DNA of 53,384 nt from the IMG/VR virus record IMGVR_UViG_3300036713_000342, positions 1 through 53,384 of that record; one strand, written 5' to 3'. Origin of the DNA: a virus. Its lineage: Duplodnaviria; Caudoviricetes. Positions 52,678 through 53,384 of the stretch are shown here, one piece after another. The notes beneath the pieces were generated by a model. The model saw only the letters and a list, made by a program, of their open reading frames with translations. It had not been told where the DNA came from and did not search any database. Both the position numbers and the translations under genes were made by a program. Numbering within the stretch: the first letter of the stretch is position 1; each line of letters begins with the position of its first letter.

Positions 52678-52944
52678 ATGAAACATATGTTTGAGGTAGG
52701 AGATGTGGTGAAGATCGCAACAGTAAGGGGAAACGGAAACAACTGTTATGGTATAGTAGTCAGGTGCCCAGCGCCACCAGCCGATCGGAGGTGGGGGAGT
52801 ATACTACGCGGTGATCATGATCATTCGTGTTATTATTATTATGTGTATTGGTATTATGCCGAAGGAGAAAGGTGGTCGGTTGGTGGATGGCGGCCAACCA
52901 GCCTGGAGAAGGTGGAATTAATATGGAACGCACGTTCGAAGTAG
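52678..52944 (+). CDS. SH3/KOW-like array member
   Basis: FEVGDVV...YGIVV...VYWY...LEKV. Confidence 0.75.
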   Translation: MKHMFEVGDVVKIATVRGNGNNCYGIVVRCPAPPADRRWGSILRGDHDHSCYYYYVYWYYAEGERWSVGGWRPTSLEKVELIWNARSK

Positions 52945-53213
52945 GAGACATCGTCAGTGCCTATGGGAGGTATGGTATTGTGATTGACTCAGAGCTTAAT
53001 AACAGCGGCCTTGTGGTGGTCTATCGATATTGGTATTCACCAACACCCCCCTTCGAGGGGGCGGGGGGATGGAGAAATAACTGGTGGGCTCCCGAGTGCG
53101 TGCGCACGATCTCCCCAGCATCAAACTCCGGAGACAACAAAAACAAAAAGACAAAGAAGAACGATGATGAGGTAGAAGAAGAAGTAGTAGAAGAACAAGA
53201 AGAAAGAGTATAA
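52923..53213 (+). CDS. SH3/KOW-like array member with charged tail
   Basis: FEVGDIVSAYGRYGIVID...VYRY; K-rich then E-rich tail; start ATG 52923. Confidence 0.75.
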   Translation: MERTFEVGDIVSAYGRYGIVIDSELNNSGLVVVYRYWYSPTPPFEGAGGWRNNWWAPECVRTISPASNSGDNKNKKTKKNDDEVEEEVVEEQEERV

Positions 53214-53216
53214 CCA

Positions 53217-53384
53217 ATGAAACACGTATTCGAGGTAGGAGATGTAGTAAAGAGAACAGATGAATTCGCAGGTTTAATGTATGGTATTGTTGTTGAGAGG
53301 TCGTCTTATGATGATACATCACGGGGATGGTTTATCAGGGTGTATCGGTACAGGCATCCGATAGACCATGGTGGATGGAAGGTT
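53217..53384 (+). CDS. SH3/KOW-like array member (3' truncated by window end)
   Basis: MKHVFEVGDVVKRTDEFAGLMYGIVVE...VYRY. Confidence 0.75.
   Translation, partial: MKHVFEVGDVVKRTDEFAGLMYGIVVERSSYDDTSRGWFIRVYRYRHPIDHGGWKV

Noticed and set aside
1-53384. Stop-codon reassignment, as seen in some large phages
   Set aside because: Long conserved genes are intact in code 11, and TAG, TGA and TAA all end genes at expected C-termini (tube, SSB and NrdJ end in TAG; sheath and helicase in TGA).
48200-53384. Diversity-generating retroelement or CRISPR array behind the repeats
   Set aside because: No reverse transcriptase or cas genes in the window, no long template/variable pair with adenine-specific mismatches, and no regularly spaced identical repeats; the repeats are protein-coding.
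1-53384. tRNA or rRNA genes
   Set aside because: No cloverleaf with a T-loop and acceptor stem was found by eye in the few intergenic gaps; tRNAscan-SE or ARAGORN would be needed to exclude them fully.

Overview
A 53-kb segment of a large (probably jumbo) tailed dsDNA phage with a contractile tail, almost entirely on the + strand, read in the standard genetic code. All calls come from motif recognition by eye; no searches were run. Order: (1) three genes sharing an N-terminal leader MKL(L/I)ME(S/Q)WRxY(V/L)xE fused to unrelated ART-like, PcfJ-like and kinase-like domains; (2) a tail module (sheath, tube, chaperone pair with a candidate +1 frameshift, tape measure, baseplate) interrupted by two free-standing homing endonucleases and by minus-strand mini-islands carrying near-identical sigma70 promoters; (3) a replication and nucleotide block (minimal family-A polymerase, divergent tubulin/FtsZ, gp32-like SSB, RecA, deaminase, 5'-3' exonuclease, DnaB-like helicase, class II RNR, HIT, DnaE, dUTPase, IMPDH/GMPR); (4) an acidic head-type protein, GroEL, Hsp20, a kinase+ART-like fusion and an HExxH membrane protease; (5) a tandem array of at least 22 small SH3/KOW-like paralogs running off the right end. 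Best candidates for an undescribed system: the leader-tagged enzymatic cargo proteins (possible capsid packaging and injection tag) and the SH3/KOW-like mini-gene array. Two structured intergenic RNAs and a CTA(T/A)TTA late-promoter motif are also notable.
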